Source: Hormiphora californensis
Lineage: Eukaryota; Animalia; Ctenophora
Assembly: GCA_020137815.1 (NCBI GenBank)
Contig: CM035361.1
Span: 4,092,001 to 4,156,000 of the forward strand
Direction of reading: 5' to 3'
DNA length: 64,000 nt
Shown: positions 54,101-61,200 of the stretch, piece by piece
How the letters are laid out: every line of letters starts with the position of its first letter
Numbering within the stretch: position 1 is the stretch's first letter
Made by a program: the position numbers and the translations under genes
The notes under the pieces: generated by a model
What the model was told of the DNA's origin: nothing
What the model saw: the letters and a program-made list of their open reading frames with translations, nothing else
Databases searched by the model: none

Positions 54101-57100
54101 AAATAACAAAATATTGTTCAGGTGGAAATAGGGTGTTCAACCCAACGAACAGCTACACTTCCTACGAATACGATTACTCTACATCGGATAGCACTGCCTA
54201 CGCCGATTACCTGTCCTTCACCAACTACAAGACCGTTCATAAGGGCACCGAGGTGTCTGTCTCCGTAAGTTGAAATACTGATGAGATCCATCTGGATCGA
54301 AACAATTGTTTGGTAAATCCTACTTGTTTCAATTTGTAAGTTGAAATAACTTCATCCCAATATTATCATCAGCAACCGCTCAATTTAGAAGTTGTGATCC
54401 AGAGCACATTTCTGGGTTTAAGATTCATCAAACAATAATCAAGGTGTAATCTTCCTTGTATTATTATAGTGTGATCTTCCAGTGTGGCAACTCGTAACAT
54501 CAAACATAACACGGGTCTAATCTTCCAGTGTGCAACTCCTAACATCAAATAACACACCTTTCTCAGTGTGGCAACTCATCCACCCATGAGTGGACTCTCA
54601 GGGAAGCCTGGGAGGATTACTTTGTGTGCGATAGCAACGATGCTGGGGTCTGTGCTCCGGATGGGGATTGTGTCATTGGGTGCCAGTACGTCAGGAACTC
54701 ATACACTACCACCACGTTCAACTTTAAACACGGCAAAGACGTTGTCGCAAACCAGGTTCGTTGTCGCAAATTGATATATTATTATAGGGAAAGAACCATT
54801 TTAGCTTTTTGTAATCCTGCCAACCCACCTAGCAACCCACCTAGCAACCCAACTAGCAACCCACCTAGCAACTCACCTAGCAACCCACCTAGCAACCCAC
54901 CTAGCAACCCACCTAGCAACCCCGATCTCTCTCACAGGATTCCATCAAATACGAGTGTGCTCACAACTCTCTGACGAATGTTGGAGTACGATACTATACA
55001 GAATTCTGTATGGGCGGCACAACCATGCAACTCAACGAGTGTCACCGTGAGTCTCTTATCTCTCTTATCTCTCTTATCTCTCTTATCTCTCTTATCTCTC
55101 TTATCTCTCTTATCTCTCTTATCTCTCTTATCTCTCTTATCTCTCTTATCTCTTATCTCCCTTATCACTCATATCTCTTTTATATCTCTTATCGCTCTCA
55201 GCGGTTACGTTTACCGACCCGGAAATCACTGCCGGAAGTACCTCCGTCGAGATTCAGTTTGCTGATGCCAGTTACCCAACAACCCGACACAGCTACGCTC
55301 TTGCCACACTCTATCTCAAGAACACTGTCGTTGCTCTCCGATCGCTGAAGGCTTATGATAATGATGTGAGTAATTATGGTTTCATTATTTACTTTTGTAC
55401 TGATCTTGTTTTGCGGAAATAAAATGAATAACTAAGGTGATCGATTTTATATGTTGACCGCCTGATGAATGATGAATTTTGTCTTTCTGCAGATTGTTTT
55501 CAATAACCTGGAACCTGAAGTGGACTACGAAGTAAGGGTCGATCTTCACTGGCCCACAGGAGATTACACGGGAATTACTCAGTCCTTCACCACCATCGCT
55601 AGTTTCACAGGTATTGTACACGGGCCTCACAATTATTATACTCCAGCAGGACCAGAACATATCTAACTCATACAATTACTAGCTATTCAAAAGCCCTTAT
55701 AATAAACGTGCGAGATGTGTCAGTTACAGAAACAGGTCTGTTTTAGCAGAGTTGAACACGCTAACCAGAGACAGAGGTTACTCCCTAATTCTCAAGAATA
55801 ACTATTTATCGTACTATCCAGAAACAATGGAGTTATCCAACGCCAAGACTACCTGGGCTGTCGAGGTCCCCTATACGCCTTATGATGTTTCCATATTCGA
55901 TGTTTATGTTATCTTTGTGTCTAATGATTACACTGGAACGATCAATGGAACTGACAATTTGGTGTTCTGGCCGTACACAGCTGAGGGGGAGCCAGTGGGT
56001 AAGTTATAATTTACATCAACAAAAATCAATCTAGAAAATCATGTCTGAACCTTTGAAATTGTTTGCCAAAGCCTCAAGAATACGTCAATCGTACCACATA
56101 TTATGTTATTTGTAACCCTTTTCTGCCAGAGCCGTTACCAGAGCGACGCCGACGAGCTGCCACGATCTACGTGCCTCTATTCCCAGATGCCCTATCTCTC
56201 TACAAATCTGACTTTGAACTTGGAGCATTCATCGGCGAGAGGGTAAGTAACTAAGTAGCTCGGTAACTGCTCGGTAACTGCTCGGTAACTGCTCGGTAAC
56301 TGCTCGGTAACTGCTCGGTAACTAGAGGATCATTCATCACATAAAATGATAAATTTGAGGAATTTTATCCAGCTGGTATAATATCGAGATCCAGTAAATC
56401 GAGGTTTTGTACTGTATTATAATACACACCCTCCATGACATATATAATATTGCCCCTTCACCAGATAAGTTCGACAGAGATGGGAATCAAGCAGGTCTAC
56501 AAGCTGGACACCACTGACATCCGACTGAGGGACCAAGCTGAGTACATGGTGGCGATGAAGGGATGCGATGCCTTATCTTCCACACCGGTATATGAACTGA
56601 CCATCATATAGTAGATGTGGCCGCAAAGTTCTCATACTGACCCTATAATAGTAGACCCTGTGTGGCCGCAAAGTTATTTGTTAATTTCATTATTGCTTCA
56701 TGACTAGTCACTACACAGCTATTATATAATGCTAGTAACAACAATGTGAGGCGCTCAATACAAGACAACTGTTTCAGCTCTTTACTAAAATCAATTGCTT
56801 TAATAAAAGTTGTTTCAGACATGTTTGTGGGGACCTATAACTTCTTATGAGGTCGATAAAGATTGGGATCTGACCATCGCAGCCTCTGTCTGCATCCCCA
56901 TCTTCATCATCTTGATCATCATCCTAGCTGTCCTGTGCTACAAAAAGTAAGGAAATTTAGAGCTAGGATCAGGGTGAGATCGTTAGATTAACTAAAGGGA
57001 GAGCGGTGAGATTAGTACTTTAACTAAAGGGAGAGCAGTGAGATTGTTACTTTAACTAAAGATAGAGCAGTGAGATTGTTACTTTAACTAAAGGGAGAGT

Positions 57101-57499
57101 GGTGAGATTGTTACTTTAACTAAAGGGAGAGCAGTGAGATTGTTACTTTAACTAAAGGGAGAGCGGTGAGATTAGTACTTTAACTAAAGGGAGAGCAGTG
57201 AGATTAGTACTTTAACTAAAGGGAGAGCAGTGAGATTGTTACTTTAACTAAAGGGAAAGCAGTGAGATTGTTACTTTAACTAAAGGGAAAGCAGTGAGAT
57301 TGTTACTTTAACTAAAGATAGAGCAGCGAGATTGTTACTTTAACTAAAGGGAGAGTGATGAGATCGTTAGAGAGCACTAACACTATAAGTTAGGGAAGGT
57401 GTGCTTATACTAACTGATTTTTCCAGGAAGAAGACGAGGTCGATGGACGATGAAACCTTACCGAGACACGAAGTTTATGAGAACAGTAATATCGCTTAA
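139..57499 (+). CDS. Giant multi-exon type I transmembrane adhesion/receptor protein (about 20-26 Ig-like, 3 PAN, SRCR, sushi-like, FN3-like, TM, short tail); 5' end lies upstream of the window; span includes introns
   Basis: Chain of about 100 GT-AG exons with compatible phases, e.g. 139-247, 587-734, 6394-6628, 7074-7123, 7347-7696 ... 56819-56946, 57427-57499 (TAA). Recurrent Ig-like pattern L-x-C ... W ... L-T-I ... Y-T-C ... V-F followed by a phase-1 intron. A few single-base frameshifts. Domain count and exon count are manual estimates. Confidence 0.85.
831..984. repeat. 41-bp minisatellite x about 3.7
   Basis: AGTTGCATGATATGTGAACCTTAGTTTTCTATCATTCAATA. Confidence 0.9.
989..1214 (+). 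mobile_element. Possible non-autonomous Helitron inserted in a minisatellite
   Basis: Starts A|TCCTTATTATAAT and ends CAACGGGTTTTCTAG|T; interrupts the 41-bp repeat, which resumes at 1215. Confidence 0.45.
1889..4909 (-). CDS. LINE ORF2, apurinic-like endonuclease plus reverse transcriptase
   Basis: RIGTLNV, QET, GGG, IYRPP, MGDFN, TLDL, SDH (APE); YRPVS, LDMSAAFDTVDH, GVPQGSLLGP, YADD (RT); frame open from 4909. Confidence 0.95.
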   Translation of the reverse strand, partial: DKWCNQRGKKRLQDEGNGGSANKTTWRIGTLNVHSIMNKTGGVITHLEEKECDVCLIQETYLKVTDTAKIQEIKDNGWNIFSSPRNERSGGGIGVLYRDGVMVKLAPVKYKFKTFQVQEVLIGGEEDLLRLCNIYRPPYTGKARYTEANFLDEINDYFSNLLMKTGNPLIMGDFNFQVQDEENFYARKLLEMLDSFDFMQNVPAEPTHVRGGTLDLVICQRDLAGKMRRLNIFPEGTLSDHFLVTVDVELNTPGKDFITRKRINMYRDFKSVDVEAFKRELQGECLEVPDGASVEDTLGIYDKALNSVVERLVQMKRRKPKKNWRPWRDRQDVREALRKRRQAERAWEKNKTGLNKAQYKDLQRKFNKIDKEARMEFVKRNLEEVKDDPAALQKRLGHVLGKTETSLPSGPLDKKLADEFASFFSGKIEKIRSIILEEQERNPEEEPVSSVVHGGCSLNQFEEISVGGLIQMVKELSSKTCDLDPIPTWLVKDCLEELAPILTEIVNKSLKRACVPDALQGAIVMPTIKNPNGDKDLLSNYRPVSNIAFVSKLLEKVVLTQLNGYLWKNDLLNPNQSGYRVGHSCETLLAGMFDDLLKDLDSGKVAALMLLDMSAAFDTVDHQALIGVLERRFGVTGLALDWFRSYLGSRNFQVNIRGELSAAIALICGVPQGSLLGPVLFLLYIEELQDIARPYGLSIKLYADDSQLYVSLIPTDADGWNVTKQAVEECLGNMKKWMVSNWLKCNEDKTEFVLLGKSSSLEKLNFDPVINFGGTSLVPMRCQGQTGKTLGVLLDDHLTLERQVNNVKRQCGLMLKNLWQVNKCLDKSTKILLVKQLVISKIDYCNILYYGLPQRILQNLQKTLNSCIRFVFNLNGHQDDYMEYFKEAHILPIQQRLTFKACLLAYKIVRGTAPGYLLDLVPRDEEYGSVRMTRATTVPDFLRLKYPKLSSINANSKLRRRRLSVFLPDVWNDLPLELRSVHPVDLFKTRLKTRLFQEAFGSASEL
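4816..6105 (-). CDS. LINE ORF1, gag-like nucleic-acid-binding protein with CCHC zinc knuckles
   Basis: CFHCQEFGH..C, CAFCSGRHETREC, CVNC...H...C; first ATG at 6105. Confidence 0.88.
   Translation of the reverse strand: MNDFDEVTNREEFDSTMARTVFSDRSGGQGCVVLRRLLDAGKAPEGVTKDQLWILLMKTHSLLPSGTRSRFDSSGSSAADISIGHADLLKESFESLKSDLLSTIERKVEDKVTAILQKTVSNNEEEKVSVPPMRRYVDIKLDTTVTEDDDSAPVCPKVQWADHVRPKVEEALKGVPVLNTVVNKGSVRLSFQTEDQLKEAKDVLSPVFAQDVQMFTEKKAYLDPRIAINDLGEDLLNKEALFAELAGVKNEGIKTLVDQGETLKVIHINSRGKFAVLQVSPEIRRVIALNKDKIFLRLRQHSVRDRFHVIQCFHCQEFGHVAGSIRCSKKDDSAVCAFCSGRHETRECNNRKRNDVGRMVCVNCNNSSSREDKRYAKTHMASSALCPYYINERGRLMDRTSGVTKEEKNGYRTRAMEDLRTKRLGGSGR
7130..7332. mobile_element. Foldback made of a tRNA-derived SINE-like sequence
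   Basis: Perfect about 86-bp arms around GTAGAGC...AGGTTGTCAGGTTCGAGCCC (tRNA D-arm/T-loop-like); the same tail recurs at about 49601-49632 with a GTGCATAAA TSD. Confidence 0.7.
7710..7818. mobile_element. hAT-type MITE family A (about 109 bp)
   Basis: TIR CAGGAACCGACC...GGTCGGTTCCTG with central GTCACGTGAC. Confidence 0.85.
8557..8994. mobile_element. MITE/foldback with about 120-bp TIRs and TA flanks
   Basis: TA|CTAGATCCAAAAACC...GGTTTTTGGATCTAG|TA. Confidence 0.85.
10190..10873. mobile_element. Foldback element with long imperfect TIRs
   Basis: GGGTCACCACACACCAACG...CGTTGGTGTGTGGTGACCC. Confidence 0.8.
11585..11693. mobile_element. MITE family A
   Basis: Same TIRs; 8-bp TSD CCCTTTAC. 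Confidence 0.9.
11879..12860. repeat. 51-bp minisatellite containing a splice donor, degenerating into about 10-bp ACACTATTTG repeats
   Basis: ATGAACTGTCAGACACAGCCG|GTGAGTGAGCCCCCATTGACACTATTTTAC, about 13 donor copies. Confidence 0.92.
14243..14310. mobile_element. MITE family A, internally deleted
   Basis: Same TIRs; TSD TTAATGAC. Confidence 0.85.
14617..14870. mobile_element. MITE with about 60-bp TIRs
   Basis: GGGGAAACTCTAA...TTAGAGTTTCCCC; a related end occurs at about 23520. Confidence 0.75.
15744..15948. mobile_element. Hairpin-plus-tail insertion (possible Penelope-like remnant)
   Basis: Palindrome containing CTCCTTCCGGCT, then tail ATGCGGCTCATAAACAAT; 13-bp TSD TTTTTTGAAAATT. Confidence 0.55.
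16537..17394. mobile_element. Related Tc1/mariner-like element nested in the outer copy
   Basis: TA|CAGTCGGACCCCGATTTAACGG...CCGTTAAATCGGGGTCCGACTG|TA. Confidence 0.88.
19104..19281. mobile_element. Hairpin-plus-tail insertion, same family, inside a small TIR element (about 18935-19336)
   Basis: Palindrome with CTCCTTCCGGCT, tail ATGCGGCTAATAAACAAT; 13-bp TSD TCTTCTTACTTTG. Confidence 0.55.
20324..21042 (+). CDS. PAN/apple domain 1 of the giant gene (exons 20324-20466, 20886-21042)
   Basis: GCLETSMNFKGGDL...SCARLCYYTDACKTFTW|VDPG...GCYLKG...EDC matches the PAN pattern C..F.GGD, CxxxC, CxxFTW, CYLK. Confidence 0.85.
21396..21835 (+). CDS. PAN/apple domain 2 (exons 21396-21529, 21721-21835)
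   Basis: SCIILNYKI...YCIARCLSEATCSS|VTWKVDACTMH...VDMACLK; six-cysteine PAN spacing. Confidence 0.75.
22387..23797 (+). CDS. Unnamed beta-rich extracellular domain, copy 1 (3 exons)
   Basis: ...WEVPATGTVYQWNV...|...|KDLENLPDFSYKVWKIRWTSVSTFTLLCNDVKIIDFDFDDETC...; similar in pattern to the exons at 51006-51699. Confidence 0.5.
22859..23101. mobile_element. Palindromic MITE
   Basis: TAGTAGGAGCGCTTAGATCATGCACGTGC...GCACGTGCATGATCTAAGCGCTCCTACTA. Confidence 0.8.
24720..25690. mobile_element. About 970-bp near-perfect foldback element
   Basis: TA|CGGTGGCAGATTCCGGCC...GGCCGGAATCTGCCACCG|TA; arms about 460 bp. Confidence 0.9.
26032..26292 (+). CDS. PAN/apple domain 3, single symmetric (phase 1-1) 261-bp exon
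   Basis: RCMYTDKGL...TCGMMCNENSDCVAYQQQQTTNLCYLF...VDINCLR. Confidence 0.85.
27632..27740. mobile_element. MITE family A
   Basis: TSD GTGAATCA/GTGAATTA. Confidence 0.85.
28664..30178. repeat. 21-bp minisatellite x about 72
   Basis: CTTGTAGAYG|GTRAGTGACAC. Confidence 0.97.
30239..44203 (+). CDS. Tandem array of Ig-like modules, each split over 2-4 short exons
   Basis: e.g. STANKEVQKGTTKKLTCTINGL..SNW / ESILTIDGS..DETWTCRFF..NNVF; TSYLTCTVYDVDSNPTITW; DAQLTCKHND..MKWYK / TVMTIKNPQEDDTFTCIF. Confidence 0.8.
30790..31687. mobile_element. Non-autonomous DNA transposon with about 170-bp TIRs (degraded arm also at about 405-545)
   Basis: GGCTGTCCAGTATTGATTGTCG...CGACAATCAATACTGGACAGCC. Confidence 0.85.
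36462..36570. mobile_element. MITE family A, reverse orientation
   Basis: Flanked by a 16-bp direct repeat GTAAGTATCATATGAA. Confidence 0.85.
37863..37971. mobile_element. MITE family A (duplicated at 40745-40853)
   Basis: TSD GTAAATTA. Confidence 0.9.
38479..40340 (-). mobile_element. 5'-truncated LINE of a related family (RT fragment with one frameshift near 39050)
   Basis: YRPVS, LDMSAAFDTVDH, GVPQGSLLGP, YADD; shares SINANSKLRRRRLSVFLP with the first element; 3' hairpin and (TTA)n tail at 38479-38492. Confidence 0.9.
42190..42280. mobile_element. MITE family A (duplicated at 45525-45616)
   Basis: TSD GTTTCTAG. Confidence 0.88.
42574..42742. repeat. 42-bp donor-containing repeat x4 (x2 in the duplicate at about 45917-46001)
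   Basis: CATTGGTGGG|GTAAGTGTTTTATCCCATATATGGRCATATAA. Confidence 0.9.
43790..43898. mobile_element. MITE family A (duplicated at 47044-47152)
   Basis: Same TIRs; degenerate TSD (..TTTAG). Confidence 0.85.
44208..44445. repeat. (TAATTAA)n 7-bp microsatellite (also about 47443-47571)
   Basis: Direct reading. Confidence 0.9.
44513..44787. mobile_element. Small TIR element with internal TTAGGG-like repeats (duplicated at about 47639-47913)
   Basis: AATCTGGGTG...CACCCAGATT inverted ends, flanked by the direct repeat CGCTGGGATC. Confidence 0.55.
44888..45090. repeat. About 28-bp acceptor-containing repeat x7 (also about 48015-48216)
   Basis: GACTAATAAAATACTTTATCCCTTCCA(G/A/T). Confidence 0.9.
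48547..49115 (+). CDS. Scavenger receptor cysteine-rich (SRCR) domain (exons 48547-48739, 48949-49115)
   Basis: VGSVCNDNGAFTDATATNICKGIFGF...LSCPASATTLADC...GCTQQDAVILFC matches the SRCR pattern G-VC-D..F....A..IC..LG..C....L..C...C....V...C. Confidence 0.85.
49102..49318. repeat. 35-bp donor-containing repeat x about 6
   Basis: GGTGTTGTCCCAG|GTAACTGCACGTGTAATTTATT. Confidence 0.9.
51006..51699 (+). CDS. Unnamed beta-rich extracellular domain, copy 2 (3 exons, one frameshift near 51620)
   Basis: APLYFKTTQTSGSLTMDFYSEEDKKGSMKISW...|...EWNFGLERDHLEIFVG|VLDFEFSDDSHAC/KRWDNSNVDEVRF. Confidence 0.5.
53399..55046 (+). CDS. About three sushi/CCP-like cysteine modules
   Basis: SCKL...|VVELTCDAGY...KVTC...KACI; GTEVSVS|CG...FVCD; DSIKYECA...EFCMGG..NECH. 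Confidence 0.55.
54820..55190. repeat. Intronic 12-bp (AACCCACCTAGC) and 9-bp (TCTCTTATC) tandem arrays either side of an exon
   Basis: Direct reading. Confidence 0.9.
55202..56587 (+). CDS. FN3 domain plus membrane-proximal FN3-like module containing RRRR
   Basis: IVFNNLEPEVDYEVRVDL has the FN3 L-x-P-x-x-x-Y-x-V-x-V motif; PLPERRRRAAT; LRDQAEYMVAMKGC. Confidence 0.7.
56819..57499 (+). CDS. TM helix and cytoplasmic tail (last two exons of the giant gene)
   Basis: 56819-56946 encodes LTIAASVCIPIFIILIIILAVLCYKK; 57427-57499 encodes KKTRSMDDETLPRHEVYENSNIA*. Confidence 0.9.
56988..57365. repeat. About 32-bp minisatellite in the last intron
   Basis: TTTAACTAAAGGGAGAGCAGTGAGATTGTTAC. Confidence 0.9.
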
Positions 57500-57807
57500 A
57501 AACACTACCCTAAAACTCAACTCATGAACATTACGTACCTAAAATAGAATCTAAACAATTTGCCCTGATGATGGGCTAATACACAACTCAATACCATATT
57601 CCCATTGCCATATTCCCATCATATGTAAATTCCACATGTTTCTACCCGCTGACCCGATTAATCGATCCGTTGACCCACTAGTTTCAACCACTGTTAATTT
57701 CCATACATTTCGTGTATCAACTCTAAATATTTTTTGTTACTAAACGTTTTTACTTCATAATATGATTATTGAGATTATTGTTGTACATTTTGTTGCTTTC
57801 ATAATTC

Positions 57808-57813
57808 AATAAA
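57808..57813 (+). promoter_or_regulatory. Candidate polyadenylation signal of the giant gene
   Basis: AATAAA about 310 bp after the stop codon, followed by T-rich sequence. Confidence 0.55.
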
Positions 57814-57847
57814 ATTTGGTTATTTTAATTCTCTTACATGATCTTAT

Positions 57848-57993
57848 ACAGTGGTACCCGATGTATCGGGATGCTCGGCGGAGAGATATATCGGGGGTAA
57901 ATACTGTAAACTTCCTTAAGCTGGGGAATTTTATCCTTCTGGTAAATCGGGGTTTCGGTAAATCGGGGTTCTGGTAAATCGGGGTCCGACTAT
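57848..57993. mobile_element. Degenerate short member of the same CAGT-TIR family (others near 740, 24060-24250, 43433-43562)
   Basis: TACAGTGG...GGTAAATCGGGGTCCGACTATA. Confidence 0.6.
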
Positions 57994-58273
57994 ACCCCAT
58001 TCACTCGATCTCTGCAGCAGTTCTCATTTGCATGCTCTGCGGACTCACTTGCACTTTTGTGTGCACACAATTGTTGAAAGAGTCGATGCATGTACAATGA
58101 TAAGCATGTAAATCACTGCACGCTCTCTCCCTCTCTCTCTCCCTCTCTCTCTCTCCCTCTCTCTCTCTCACTATCTCCCTACCTCCTCCCCATCTATCTC
58201 TCCCTCTCACTCTCTTTCTATCTCTCCACCATCTGGCTCTTTAACACGATGCTTGTTTCACCACTTCTCAAAG

Positions 58274-61200
58274 ATGTTGCTCGTTTTGCTTGTCTCCCTC
58301 CTCCTAGTAGGACCGACACTTGGCAACGATGATACGAGTGCAGGTATTTATAGCGTTTAGATGCATGTATCAGCTGCAGCTGTAGAGGGCGTAAATTTAG
58401 ATTTTAGGGGTTTGTTTGTCAGTATAGGGTGTAGCAACGACAACTTAGAGAATTGTAACAGCGCTATTAACTATGTTTAATAATTTAATTAGTTGATAAA
58501 AAATAACTAAAACTAAAAGTAAGTTACAGCTATATCTTCTATTTTTCCTTCACCCAGGTGGTACTGCATTCTACTTCACCACCCAGCCCTCCGACAGTTG
58601 GGTGGTAGTGGGCCAATCAACCACCCTTACCTGCTCCGCAAGCACCACCGTATCTCTCACCTGGACCTGGACCCTGCACGACTCAGTCACGGATACGGTT
58701 GGAGTGGAGGTTGAGGGAGAGGAGTCCCATACCCTAGTGCTCACTGCCACGGATAGAGATACGTATCATCACAAGTTTGTGTCATGTACTGCGAATATCT
58801 TCGGCACCAAGTTGATTTCCCGGTTCGCCCTGATCCGAGCCTCTTATCTGGAGACTGATTTTGAGGTTGAACCCTCCGATAAGACGGTTGCCAAGGGAAC
58901 GGACCACGTGCGATTGGACTGTTCCCCACCATCGGGTAACCCGGAACCCTACGTGATCTGGAGGCGATCTGGTGATTTGGTGGATGTGGCTAATGCTTAT
59001 GTTGATCCCCTGGGCGGACTCAATATCATCAACGTGGCGGACTGGAACGCGGGGGAGTATGAGTGTATCGCTAAATCACTGGTAACCGGGACAGAGTCAG
59101 TCAGCAGATCAGCCACGCTGACTGTTTCCGGATCAGCTGAAACGGTTGAATCAGAGGTAGCGTACGATGTCTCATTCGTCAGTTCCCGATATAAGGTCAC
59201 TGGAAGGAAGGGAGATACGGTTAGGGTCCTCTGCGGTTTCATCGGAACTCCTACCCCAACCCTGACCCTGGAGCTGGATGGAACCCCCATGACAACATCA
59301 GCAACCACCGCCATCAGTGTCTATCAAACCTGGGCACATATCGAGGACGTGGCCACATCAGCATCTCTGAAATGTTCCGGGGAGAACTCGGAGGGATCGC
59401 AAACACTGAATATCGCCCTGGAGGTCTCCGGTGATTTGGATATAAAGGGAGGCCAGGAGAAGACCATTCTCGAAGGCGAGGATGCCACGCTCATCTGCAC
59501 TGACGATTCAAGCGATGGAAGTGTGGATTACATGTGGTTCAAGAACGGTGTCGAGTTGGACTGGTGAGACGAGGAACATTCTGGAATTGTTTGCAACGAA
59601 ACGTGATGACAGTGGCATGTACCAGTGCTTTGGGAGTAATAGTGAGTCTCGGGAACAGACATCATTTGCTTTGACAGTTCAGGGACTAACCGCAGTGACT
59701 GTCAGTGTCACTGTGAGTGGGGAAGAGTATGGTTTGGCGGGGGCGACAGCTACGATGAGTTGCGTGGGCCAGGGAAATCCAATTCCCAGTGTGACGTGGC
59801 ATAAATCCAGTGGCAACTCTGAGAGCGCTATTTCTACCACCCACGTTTCAGTCAAGGAGACTTTCACGGAGATTCTTTCCATTCTTGTAGTGGGTAAGTG
59901 CTTGTACATGCCCTGTATTCTTATAAATTGAGAGAATTGTATTGGGTAAGTTAAACAACTTACAAAGTTGTCCTGTAGTAACGAAAGATATTAAGTGAAA
60001 AATTGATTCCTTCTCATTAGTTGTATGTTTAGATCAACCCCTGATAACAATTCTATCATTAGATTCCCTTGCACTAACTCTATTTTTATAACCCCTAACA
60101 AAAATTTTATTTTTAGATTCCCTAACAGTTGTTCTATTTTTAGATAACCTAACAATGAGTGATGACGGAACCCAGTTTATTTGTCGTGGTACTAATAAAG
60201 ACCTATACAATGAAGCGACCGTATACAGTGCCTCAAAGTCACTAACCTTGAAGGTACAAACTGGCTTAGCTTCAAGAGAAAATATCGTAGCTGTTTTTAA
60301 ACTCCGTTATATCTTTTATCTCAAAAGTTAGGCAAATCTAGGAGTTATCTTATCAACTCAAAACAACCAGTGCACAGAGACAGAGACAGAGACAGAGACA
60401 GAGACAGAGACAGAGACAGAGACAGAGACAGAGACAGAGACAGAGACAGAGACAGAGACAGAGACAGAGACAGAGACAGAGACAGAGACAGAGACAGAGA
60501 CAGAGACAGAGACAGAGACAGAGACAGAGACAGAGACAGAGACAGAGACAGAGACAGAGACAGAGACAGAGACAGAGACAGAGACAGAGACAGAGACAGA
60601 GACAGAGACAGAGACAGAGACAGAGACAGAGACAGAGACAGAGACAGAGACAGAGACAGAGACAGAGACAGAGACAGAGACAGAGACAGAGACAGAGACA
60701 GAGACAGAGACAGAGACAGAGACAGAGACAGAGACAGAGACAGAGACAGAGACAGAGACAGAGACAGAGACAGAGACAATGCCTAGTGTCTCTGAGACAC
60801 TAGGTAGAGACAAAAACAAAGACAGAACACTCAATTATCAACCGCAAACCCCCTCTGATTAGGTAGTGGATCCAGTCTACCCCTCAATCAGTCTACCCAG
60901 TACCAGCGTAGCAGCCAGTGGATCAAGTTTAACTCTCATTTGTAGTGTTGAAGGCTCGCCTCCACCCGCTATTCAATGGTAAGAGCTCTCGTCTTCTGTT
61001 ATCTCTCCTCTTCTGTTATCACTCCTCTTCTGTTATCACTCCTCTTCTGATATCACTCCTCTTCTGTTATCACTCCTCTTCTGTTATCTCTCCTCTTCTG
61101 TTATCACTCCTCTTTTGATATCACTCCTCTTCTGTTATCTCTCCTCTTCTGTTATCTCTCCTCTTCTGTTATCACTCCTCTTTTGATATCGCTCCTCTTC

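Noticed and set aside
139-57499. Receptor tyrosine phosphatase or kinase
   Set aside because: A stop codon follows a tail of about 27 aa and a poly(A) signal; no catalytic motifs are visible.
59555-59570. Real stop or splice donor at CTG|GTGAGA giving a secreted 3.5-Ig protein
   Set aside because: The downstream sequence completes the same Ig domain in a shifted frame and the exon length is 3n+1; a single extra base is the simpler explanation.
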